A stretch of 64,000 bases of DNA from Gemmatimonadota bacterium (GTDB lineage Bacteria; Latescibacterota; UBA2968; UBA8231). Below, in pieces: positions 38,145 through 46,291 of the stretch; the first letter of the stretch is position 1; every line of letters starts with the position of its first letter. The stretch is from assembly GCA_038128265.1 (NCBI GenBank), contig JAYPJE010000004.1:54303-118302 (forward strand). Direction: 5' to 3'. The translations under genes and the position numbers were made by a program. The notes beneath the pieces are model-generated. The model had not been told where the DNA came from and made no database searches. It worked only from the letters and a program-made list of their open reading frames with translations.

Positions 38145-40319
38145 CTATAGAATCTGCTGACCGGCTTCGACCTTCTCGCCCACCTCGCCGCGCAGGCGCT
38201 GCTGCAGCGTCGTGAAGCGCTCCGCTACGTCGTTGTTTTGCACGGCCATGCCCAGCGCCTGCTTGGTTCCGACAATAACAATCATCTGCTTGGCGCGCGT
38301 AATCGCCGTATAGAGCAGGTTGCGCTGCAGCATGACGTAGTGCTGCGTCGTCAGCGGCAGCACGACAACGGGGAACTCCGATCCCTGCGAGCGATGCGTG
38401 CTGATGGCATAGGCCAGCGTTAGTTCGTCGAGATCGGGCACGTCGTACTCGACGAGCTCGTCAAATCGTATGCGCAGCACCTGCTTTTCGCTGTCGATAT
38501 ACTCGACAAATCCCATATCGCCGTTAAAAACGCCCTTGTCGTAGTTGTTCTTGATCTGCATGACCTTATCGCCCACGCGAAACTCTCCGCCGCCGTGGCG
38601 AAAAGCCGGCGCGCCGCCGTTGAGTTTTTCCTGCAGTCGCTGGTTGATATTAAGCGCACCGGTCTCCCCCCTGTACATGGGCGAGAGCACCTGTATATCG
38701 CGGCGCGCATCGTAGCGCCCGTGCGCGGGCAAACGCCGCGCGCACAGATCTTCGACAACCTCGACTACGCGCGCCGGTTCGCGCTCTTCGACAAAGAAGA
38801 AGTCGCGCGTTTGCCGGTTGTCGAGCAGCGGCATTTCGCCGTCGTTGATTCGGTGCGCATTGGTGATAATGTGGCTGGTCGATTCCTGGCGAAAAATCTG
38901 CGTCAAACGCACAACCGGCACTTCTCCCGAGCCGATGATATCGCGCAGCACGTTGCCCGGCCCGACCGATGGCAGCTGATCGACGTCGCCGACGAGGACG
39001 AGGCGCGCCGCATCGGGCAGCGCGCGCAGCAGGGCGTTCATCAGCACCACGTCGATCATCGACGCCTCGTCTACGATCAACGCCTCGACGTTTAGCTTGT
39101 CCTCATAGCATTTTTTAAACTGCCCTTCGCCCGGCTGAAACTCCAACAAGCGATGGATCGTTCGCGCCTCGCGCCCCGTCGCTTCCCCTAAACGCTTAGC
39201 CGCCCTGCCCGTAGGCGAGCACAGGGCCACCTTTAGCTCGCCGCGCTCAAAGTTATGCAATATCCGCTTGGTGACCGTCGTCTTCCCGGTGCCCGGCCCG
39301 CCGGTCAGCACCATCACCTTATGCGCGAGCGAGAGATCGACGGCCTCGCGCTGGGTAGGGGCCAACTGGAGCCCGTCGTCGCTGTCCGCCTGGCTCTCCA
39401 ATGACTTGGCCGCCCGCGTGCGCAACAGGCGCCGCAGCGATGAAGCCACGCCGACCTCGGCGTGGTAGAGCGGCGGCAAATAGTAGCGCAGATCCTCCGT
39501 CACCACCCCATCGGCCACGCGCAGTGCTTCCAGCGCCGGCGGAACGAGTTCGGCATTGATATCGAGAATCTCCTTGGCCCGTTCGATCAGTCCGGCGCGC
39601 CCGGGCTTTTGCCGCCCCCCAGGCAGATAAACATGGCCGTCGTCAGCCGCCTCGTTGAGCAGAAAGCGAATCCCGGCCTGCACGCGCTGTGGAGCATCTC
39701 TATCCAGCCCCAGATTCTGCGCGATGCGGTCGGCGATGCGAAAACCGATGCCGCGAATATCGCGCTCGAGTCGATAGGGATTGCTGCGCACTTCCTGGAT
39801 GGCCTTTTGACCGTACTGCTTAAAAATCTTAACCGCATAGCCCGTGGTGATACCGTGCGACTGCAGAAAGACCATGACGTCTTTGACGTGCCGTTGGGCA
39901 TCCCAAGCCTCGGCGATCATATCGACGCGCTTCTTGCCCAGATTCGGCACTTCCGACAGACGCTGAGGATCGGCGTCTATGATATCGAGCGTCTCCTCGC
40001 CAAAATGCTCGACAATTCGCTTGGCCGACACGGGGCCAACGCCTTTAATCAGCCCTGAACCAAGATACTTTCTAATGCCCTCCAACGTGGTCGGATACAC
40101 CAACCGATAATTTTCTATCTTAAACTGGCGCCCGTATTTAGCGTGATTTATCCACTCGCCTTCGACTTCTACATTCTCCCCTTCTTCGAGGGCGGCAATA
40201 GCCCCAACCACGACGATTTTTTCCCGCTGCCCTTCGGCGACAAGACGCGCAATCGTATAGCCATTTTCCGGATTGTGGTAGGTTATCCGGTCTATATACC
40301 CTTTATAGGTCTCAGCCAT
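38145..40319 (-). CDS. recD2: ATP-dependent RecD2 helicase
   Basis: N-terminal OB/HhH region 'IKGVGP', Walker A 'GGPGTGKT', 'VDEASM', 'GDVDQLPSVG', 'HRSQGSEF', 'YTAITRAK'. Confidence 0.94.
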   Translation of the reverse strand: MAETYKGYIDRITYHNPENGYTIARLVAEGQREKIVVVGAIAALEEGENVEVEGEWINHAKYGRQFKIENYRLVYPTTLEGIRKYLGSGLIKGVGPVSAKRIVEHFGEETLDIIDADPQRLSEVPNLGKKRVDMIAEAWDAQRHVKDVMVFLQSHGITTGYAVKIFKQYGQKAIQEVRSNPYRLERDIRGIGFRIADRIAQNLGLDRDAPQRVQAGIRFLLNEAADDGHVYLPGGRQKPGRAGLIERAKEILDINAELVPPALEALRVADGVVTEDLRYYLPPLYHAEVGVASSLRRLLRTRAAKSLESQADSDDGLQLAPTQREAVDLSLAHKVMVLTGGPGTGKTTVTKRILHNFERGELKVALCSPTGRAAKRLGEATGREARTIHRLLEFQPGEGQFKKCYEDKLNVEALIVDEASMIDVVLMNALLRALPDAARLVLVGDVDQLPSVGPGNVLRDIIGSGEVPVVRLTQIFRQESTSHIITNAHRINDGEMPLLDNRQTRDFFFVEEREPARVVEVVEDLCARRLPAHGRYDARRDIQVLSPMYRGETGALNINQRLQEKLNGGAPAFRHGGGEFRVGDKVMQIKNNYDKGVFNGDMGFVEYIDSEKQVLRIRFDELVEYDVPDLDELTLAYAISTHRSQGSEFPVVVLPLTTQHYVMLQRNLLYTAITRAKQMIVIVGTKQALGMAVQNNDVAERFTTLQQRLRGEVGEKVEAGQQIL

Positions 40320-40322
40320 AGA

Positions 40323-40907
40323 CTATCCCATCCAGCGCGCGTAGAGCAGGCCAATGGACAGCGCACTGACGCCACTGCCCAGCGCCAGTCCGGCAGCTAC
40401 CTGCAGCGGCGTATGCGCCCGCAGGTGCAGACGCGCCCAGGTCACGAGGCCCGCGGCCAGCAGGCAGGGCCAAGCCCGCTCTAAGCCAAAGGCCAGCAGC
40501 AGCAGCCCTGCCGCTCCACCAACGCCAACGCAGTGAATGCTTATTTTCCAGCGCAAATTGACGAAGAATACCATCAGCGTTGCAGCCGTAAAGCTGATGC
40601 CAGCCGCCAGCAGCAGCGTGGGCGCATCGGCGGCATAGAGAGCAAGACTACCCACCCCATAACTGACGGCACCGACCAGCAGCAGTCCATTGCGCTGCGC
40701 GCGCAGGTGGGGATAGAGCGCGTCGATACGCCCCGTTCTCATCATATATAGTATACTCGTGGCCGGCAGAACGGCGTAGAACAGCACCCCCAGCAGCGCC
40801 AAATGTCGATCTTGGGGATAGAGCAAACCCCATCCTCCCCATACGGCAAGGGCCACTCCGGCCGGATTGAGTCCGTGCGAAACCCAACGAGCAATGTGAT
40901 GTTGCAT
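40323..40907 (-). CDS. PAP2-like membrane protein
   Basis: Six TM segments; 'WKISIH' and 'WARLHLRAHTPLQVAAG'. Confidence 0.65.
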   Translation of the reverse strand: MQHHIARWVSHGLNPAGVALAVWGGWGLLYPQDRHLALLGVLFYAVLPATSILYMMRTGRIDALYPHLRAQRNGLLLVGAVSYGVGSLALYAADAPTLLLAAGISFTAATLMVFFVNLRWKISIHCVGVGGAAGLLLLAFGLERAWPCLLAAGLVTWARLHLRAHTPLQVAAGLALGSGVSALSIGLLYARWMG

Positions 40908-40981
40908 TGGGAAAACTCCCCTGGTAGCGCTATCCAATATACGCCTGATAGCGCCCTACATCGAATAATCCGAGTTTTTTC

Positions 40982-41009
40982 TAAAGATTTTTCCCCGTAT
41001 AGTCGATAG
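40982..41009 (+). promoter_or_regulatory. Sigma-28 (FliA) promoter of flagellin
   Basis: TAAA-N16-GTCGATAG, close to the consensus TAAA-N15/16-GCCGATAA; fliA is in the same window. Confidence 0.7.
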
Positions 41010-41240
41010 TAATCGTAAAGATACTAAGTTGTATCTTGTAATATGCTAAGAAATTAAATAGTCTTTTTTAGGACTATATTAAGCATAAACAATTTAAAAA
41101 CATAAACTTGTAATTATAAATTGAGTCGCCAACACCCTCGAACAAGGGGAATGGCGAGCTCGACAAAGGAGGTATAATCGCATAAAAAGGCCCGAATGAC
41201 GGGCCGAGTAAACTAAAAAACAAACACAATTAGATATCCA

Positions 41241-41276
41241 CATCAAGGATGAACGCATAGGAAACAAGGAGGTTTC
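41241..41276 (+). promoter_or_regulatory. Putative CsrA-binding stem-loops in the fliC leader, one on the Shine-Dalgarno
   Basis: CATC-AAG-GATG (41241-41251) and GAAAC-AAGGAG-GTTTC (41261-41276) both carry AGGA. Confidence 0.6.
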
Positions 41277-41278
41277 TA

Positions 41279-42439
41279 ATGCCATTACGCGTCAATAATA
41301 ACATCGCGGCGATCAACTCGCGCAGGCGGTTGAATGCCAATAACCGAGACTTAAACACTCGCCTAGAGCGCCTGTCTTCGGGCTTGCGCATCAATCGCGC
41401 CGCCGACGATGCCGCTGGTCTTTCAGTCCGCGAAGGTATGCGAGCTGAAATTTCCGGTTTGAAGATGAACGTGCTCAACGCCGAGCAGGGGTCTAATCTC
41501 CTGCAGGTTGCCGAGGGCTCGCTCAACGAGATCAACGCCATGCTGATTCGCATGCGCGAACTGGCAGTGCAGTCGGCTTCGAGCACGGTCAACGACTCCA
41601 ACCGCGAGTCGATTCAGGCCGAATACTCGCAGCTGACGCAGGAAATAGACCGCATTGCGCAGTCTACGACCTATAACGACCAGGTGCTGCTCACCGGTTT
41701 CGGCAACACCGTCGATGCAGATTCGTCTGCGCTGACGGCGAGCAATGAAACCGGCATCACGGCCGTTAAGATCTCGGGAGCGTCGACCGGCACGTACAAC
41801 TTCATCGACGATGAAGACGACAGCGAAATAACGCTGGGCAACGGCACCGTCACGCAGACCATCCGCGTGGCGACCCTACTCGACGGCGACGACGTGGCCA
41901 CCGGCACGACTATCGTGGCCAATTTCGACCGCCTCGGGGTCCAGGTGACGCTGGCCGGCGCCAACGTCAGCAATGCCACGGGCAGCTACTCCGATGGCGG
42001 CTTGGACGAAAAGCAAATCGTTGTCGAATCGAGCACGGGCGGTTCGTTCCAGGTCGGTCCGGACGACGGCATCAACAACCGCATCGAAGTCGGCATTCAG
42101 GATATGCGTGCCTCGGGCGCCATACTCAACCTGAATGCGACCTCGGTCGCCACGCTCGACGCATCGCGAGCCTCGATCACGCAGATCGACCAGGCCATTT
42201 TTAAGGTGTCGAATCAGCGCGGCGATCTGGGTGCCTTCATGAACCGACTGGCATTCACAATCTCGTTCACTGAGAACGAAATTGAGAATATCCAGAACTC
42301 GGAGGCTTCGATCAGCGATGCCGACGTGGCGGCTGAAGTCACGGCCTTCACGCGCTCGCAGATCCTCAGCCAGGCGGCCACCTCCATGCTGGCTCAGGCC
42401 AACGTGGTGCCGCAGACGGCGCTGTCTCTCCTGCAGTAA
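41279..42439 (+). CDS. fliC: Flagellin
   Basis: 'ERLSSGLRINRAADDAAGL', 'RMRELAVQS', 'RGDLGAFMNRL', 'QILSQAATSMLAQAN...LSLLQ'. Confidence 0.97.
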   Translation: MPLRVNNNIAAINSRRRLNANNRDLNTRLERLSSGLRINRAADDAAGLSVREGMRAEISGLKMNVLNAEQGSNLLQVAEGSLNEINAMLIRMRELAVQSASSTVNDSNRESIQAEYSQLTQEIDRIAQSTTYNDQVLLTGFGNTVDADSSALTASNETGITAVKISGASTGTYNFIDDEDDSEITLGNGTVTQTIRVATLLDGDDVATGTTIVANFDRLGVQVTLAGANVSNATGSYSDGGLDEKQIVVESSTGGSFQVGPDDGINNRIEVGIQDMRASGAILNLNATSVATLDASRASITQIDQAIFKVSNQRGDLGAFMNRLAFTISFTENEIENIQNSEASISDADVAAEVTAFTRSQILSQAATSMLAQANVVPQTALSLLQ

Positions 42440-42460
42440 GCGATACACGGGAAGTAAACG

Positions 42461-42499
42461 AGAGAGGGGCGGGATATTCCCGCCCCTCTCTTATTTTTT
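42461..42499 (+). terminator. Rho-independent terminator of fliC
   Basis: Perfect 14-bp stem AGAGAGGGGCGGGA-TAT-TCCCGCCCCTCTCT followed by TATTTTTT. Confidence 0.9.
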
Positions 42500-42916
42500 G
42501 ACCCACTTCTTTCCGCTGGCCGACCCGGGATCAGGCGGTCCCTCTTCCCCCTGTAAAACAAAGCCGATAAAGCGCTTTTCCCCCAGCGTCTTTAAATATT
42601 GCAGCAGCGACACCTCAGCCTCTTTCCTATTGAGCTGGTAGGTATCGCTAAGCTTCTCGATCATATCGCCAACCGAGGTGCGGCCATTGCACATCTGCCA
42701 AACTTCGGTGCCCACTTCATCGAGCGTTATTTTGCGCTTCTTGGGGATGTAAAACAGCTTCGAGAGCAGGCGCACTTTCCACGTTTCCTGACGCACGATG
42801 CTAATTTGCACCTCGCCGTCGTCGGTCTTCTCCCACTCAAGCGACTCATTCCGCGTCGGTCGCGACGCCAGCATCGCTCCCCTGTTTAACTTCGGTTTCT
42901 TCGATAAAATGCCCAT
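42491..42916 (-). CDS. Stand-alone PqqD-family / RiPP recognition element (RRE) protein
   Basis: 'ITLDEVGTEVWQMCNGRTSVGDMIEKL...LLQYLKTLGEKRFI' matches the PqqD winged-helix pattern. Confidence 0.85.
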   Translation of the reverse strand: MGILSKKPKLNRGAMLASRPTRNESLEWEKTDDGEVQISIVRQETWKVRLLSKLFYIPKKRKITLDEVGTEVWQMCNGRTSVGDMIEKLSDTYQLNRKEAEVSLLQYLKTLGEKRFIGFVLQGEEGPPDPGSASGKKWVKK

Positions 42917-43841
42917 GAACTACGGTATCCACTAAGTCTGAGGCCCCGTCGCGCTTGCGATAGAGATGTTCGACGATGCCTATCTTGTCCAGGTCTTGAC
43001 GATGCCACACCCGCGCATCGAGAAAGAGGCGCGGGCGCGGGTTGACGAAAGGCAGCGGGCGCAGCAGCTGCCGCCAGCGGCTGCGCGGACGCCCAACCAA
43101 GCGCAATCCGCTGTGCCCTTCAACCGCCTCTGTCGTTATTTCAGTCTGAAAATCGCGCAGCTGCTTTTTAAAGAATGCCGGGTACCAATTTTCGAGAGCA
43201 CTTCCCTTGAGTAGGAGGCGTGCCATGCTCAAGCGATGCACGCGGCACTCTTTGCGACCCTGTTCAAAGCGCAGCTGAATATGTCCGGATTTGAGTTCGT
43301 GTCCGGCCAGAGCGTATTCGGACGACATAAAAAAGCGCAGGCCATACACGCACCACAGGTACTGTTCGGCATCGGCCTCGTCGCGCAGCGAACGAAATAT
43401 GCGCTCGACTACATCGCCCAGATCTTCGCCGCGATGGGCCAGCACGCGCAGCAGCACGACGCGCTGAGTAGCGACAAAGCGCATGGCCAAGTTATAGGCG
43501 CGAAAATCCGCATCCCAGGTAAAAAGCTCGTAGTCGTATCCCTCTAACCACTGCTTTTCTTTCAGAATGCGCGCGCGACGCTGCACCTCGAAACCCGCGC
43601 CCGCCTTGTCCGCCTTTTTCCGCAAACCCTCTAAATAGCGATCGACGAGTTCGCCCAGCGGCACGCTCACCTCGCGCCCCTTGAGCTTGCGCCATTCGAC
43701 CTCGGCGCGCACGATTTCGGCATCGTCGAGGCGCGCATAGCCCTTTTCCGCATCGCCGTCGACGCGGCCCAAATTCCAGTCGGCCGGCACGCTCAGACGC
43801 AGCCCCTGCCAACCGAACTCTTCCCAGCGATCCTCGGCCAT
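42846..43841 (-). CDS. Hypothetical soluble protein with two apparent internal repeats
   Basis: 331-aa ORF directly abutting the OPT-like gene stop; no signal peptide or TM. Confidence 0.75.
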   Translation of the reverse strand: MAEDRWEEFGWQGLRLSVPADWNLGRVDGDAEKGYARLDDAEIVRAEVEWRKLKGREVSVPLGELVDRYLEGLRKKADKAGAGFEVQRRARILKEKQWLEGYDYELFTWDADFRAYNLAMRFVATQRVVLLRVLAHRGEDLGDVVERIFRSLRDEADAEQYLWCVYGLRFFMSSEYALAGHELKSGHIQLRFEQGRKECRVHRLSMARLLLKGSALENWYPAFFKKQLRDFQTEITTEAVEGHSGLRLVGRPRSRWRQLLRPLPFVNPRPRLFLDARVWHRQDLDKIGIVEHLYRKRDGASDLVDTVVHGHFIEETEVKQGSDAGVATDAE

Positions 43842-46259
43842 TTAGAACAGGAGCACGGAGACCGACTTCTGAATCAGCGCGATGCCGACGGAAGCCATAC
43901 CCATTAGGGCCATTCCGCAGGCAAAACCCACCGCTAGGATCGGCGCGTACTGGCGCCACTGCTGGCGTCCATACTTGTTCCAGAAATAGTAGCGCGCCAG
44001 CAGGGCACCGATCACCTCGGTGACGATAAAGTGCGGCAAAACCGTCAGCGAGCGCACAAATCCGAAGATGAGCAGCACGGGCAACCCCAGCACGGAGAGC
44101 AGCACAAAACTGACGATGCCAAATCCCGCACCGATGGCTATGACCTCGGGCTTGAGCGCACGGAACAGCCACGGCTCATCGGTCGAGCGCTGGATCCACG
44201 ACGAGGTGAATAATGGGTCGGTGTCGACCTCAAAATAGTAGTGCCAGCCGGTTGGAACCGCCGCATCGGCGCGCACCACCAGCGTCGGACGCGGATCGCG
44301 CACCACGGCATCCATCGCCGGTCCGAGCGCCCCGAGCGCCGGCAGACCGCCAACGATTTCCTCGCTGGGATCGCTGGCATCGCGCAGAAAGCGGTCGGCG
44401 GCGATGTCCGGGGCACCCGCTTCAAAGTGCGTGTAGAACACCTGTGTTTCCGACCACGGCCCCACCTTGCCGAACTTGCCGCCGGTCTCCAGCCACTCAT
44501 CGTCGACCAAGCGCGTGCGCCAGTACCACCACTCGTCCTCTATCAGGTTGGCAGGCGTCCAATCGGCCTGCTGCGCCGTCATATTGAGCTCGCTGCGCAT
44601 GGTCCCGGTGATAAAGAGGCACTGCTGGTAGGCGCGCAGGCGCCATATCAGCTGGGCGTAGGGATACGACGCCGACGGGATCGGCGCCAGCTTCCAGATA
44701 TAGGAACCGTAGAGAAAGCTGGTAAAAAGGACGATGGGCACCATGAAAATCTCGGCGCGCATAATACTGGTGAATTTAGTACCGGTCAGCTCGATTTCGC
44801 GGAACTTCTGCGTTTGTGCACCGTAGTTGCCGATCGGAAAGGGAATAAACCAGATATCGACGCCGCGATAGCCCGATAAAATTATCGTCGCCTCGCGCAC
44901 AAAGGGTATTTCCACCGTTTGCCCAACAAGGCCAACCAGGCGCGCGTTGACAAACGATTGAAAAGGCGTGAAGACAAAGCCAAAAAAGAGGAAAAACCAG
45001 ATGAATTGACTGAAGCCTGGCAGCAGCCAAGCGGCGATACTAATCAGCGCCGTCGTTGCCACCGCGTAGAGCGCCAGCGCAATCCATATGGGAAAGTCGC
45101 CCCGTCCCTTGGGGACGGCAAAGCTGCGGCGCTCGCCGCTGTCGGCTTCCGCCGCGTTCGATGCGCGGACGCCCTGCACGACCTGGTAAATACCGATAAT
45201 CGCTATGGCGATCGTAGTTCCAATGCCAAAACTCATCCAGAAGTCGACGTTGTTGACAAAGAACGTATCGATCGTCCCCATCCCCTGCCGCCACAGCGTT
45301 AGGTAGGGCTCGTCGCGCCATGGCGGAGTATAGATGTAGAGAATAGGGTTGGCAATCGCCGCTACGCAGACGCCAATAAACGTGCCAATGACACCCCAAA
45401 ATGGAACGACGAGTCCCGCGAAGATCGGCCCCAAGTGCGCGGTAAAGCCCAGCGGCGTAGCGGGGATAAAGTTACCTGTCACCTGGGTAAAGTCGACAAA
45501 GGGAATGGGAATAAGCTGAATCGGTTCCGTCAGCAGCGCCCCCGTAATGGCCGGCAGCGCCACATAAATCGTGCCGAATACCAGGCCAATCATCGCGCCG
45601 GCAGAAAACACGCGCCAGCGCCAGGTCTCGGCTCCCTGCGTGGTCTCGGCCAAAGCAATAGCTCCCAGCGCGTTTACCGGCGCGAAGGGAAAGGGCAGGC
45701 GCTCGTAGTCCGAATTGAGGCGAAATAGCGCGTAGGACATCGTAAACCACGACACGCGCGATATGATCATACCCGCCACCAGCAGAACAATCGGCATCAG
45801 CCAGTCGCTGTGCAGAAAGGTGCGCTCGATAATCGCTTCGGAATCGGGCGGCGGCGCTACCCACGTCGGTATCAGCTTGGTAATGCCAAACTGCTTGGCA
45901 GCCGGCGACTGCACCAGATACTGGTTGTATAGCAGCCCCTCAAACGCGCCCGTCTCCGCCGAAATAAGCGAAGCGGCTACGTAGAAAAGGAGATAGACCT
46001 CCTGGCGCTTGAGCGTGGAAAAAGAGCGTTTGGTTATTTCGGCAAAGAGGATGATCGTCACCCACTCTGCCGCAGCGCCCAACGAGCCCCCAATCATCAG
46101 GCTCAGATACATATTGCCCGGAACCATGATAAAGGCCACAAAGAGCACGCCGAGAATGGCCTTTATGGTAAAGCCGTCCTCGAATTCGTCCGGGACCTGC
46201 ATTAGGTCCCTGTACTCTTCGATCTCCTGGTTCGGGTTTCTCTTCTTGCTTTCGGCCAC
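43842..46259 (-). CDS. OPT (oligopeptide transporter)-like polytopic membrane protein with a soluble insert
   Basis: 'FEDGFTIKAILG...NMYLSLMIG', many TMs, 'ERLPFP', and a ~150-aa hydrophilic insert near the C-terminus. Confidence 0.75.
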   Translation of the reverse strand: MAESKKRNPNQEIEEYRDLMQVPDEFEDGFTIKAILGVLFVAFIMVPGNMYLSLMIGGSLGAAAEWVTIILFAEITKRSFSTLKRQEVYLLFYVAASLISAETGAFEGLLYNQYLVQSPAAKQFGITKLIPTWVAPPPDSEAIIERTFLHSDWLMPIVLLVAGMIISRVSWFTMSYALFRLNSDYERLPFPFAPVNALGAIALAETTQGAETWRWRVFSAGAMIGLVFGTIYVALPAITGALLTEPIQLIPIPFVDFTQVTGNFIPATPLGFTAHLGPIFAGLVVPFWGVIGTFIGVCVAAIANPILYIYTPPWRDEPYLTLWRQGMGTIDTFFVNNVDFWMSFGIGTTIAIAIIGIYQVVQGVRASNAAEADSGERRSFAVPKGRGDFPIWIALALYAVATTALISIAAWLLPGFSQFIWFFLFFGFVFTPFQSFVNARLVGLVGQTVEIPFVREATIILSGYRGVDIWFIPFPIGNYGAQTQKFREIELTGTKFTSIMRAEIFMVPIVLFTSFLYGSYIWKLAPIPSASYPYAQLIWRLRAYQQCLFITGTMRSELNMTAQQADWTPANLIEDEWWYWRTRLVDDEWLETGGKFGKVGPWSETQVFYTHFEAGAPDIAADRFLRDASDPSEEIVGGLPALGALGPAMDAVVRDPRPTLVVRADAAVPTGWHYYFEVDTDPLFTSSWIQRSTDEPWLFRALKPEVIAIGAGFGIVSFVLLSVLGLPVLLIFGFVRSLTVLPHFIVTEVIGALLARYYFWNKYGRQQWRQYAPILAVGFACGMALMGMASVGIALIQKSVSVLLF

Positions 46260-46291
46260 GCGTTATTCCCTTGTTCCCTTTGTGGTAAACC

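Noticed and set aside
40940..41278. AT-rich stretch as foreign DNA or a CRISPR leader
   Set aside because: No repeat-spacer array or cas genes. It is explained as the flagellin promoter and leader.
42491..42916. PQQ or RiPP biosynthetic cluster
   Set aside because: No pqqA/B/C/E, SPASM radical SAM, lasso cyclase, YcaO or precursor peptide in the window.
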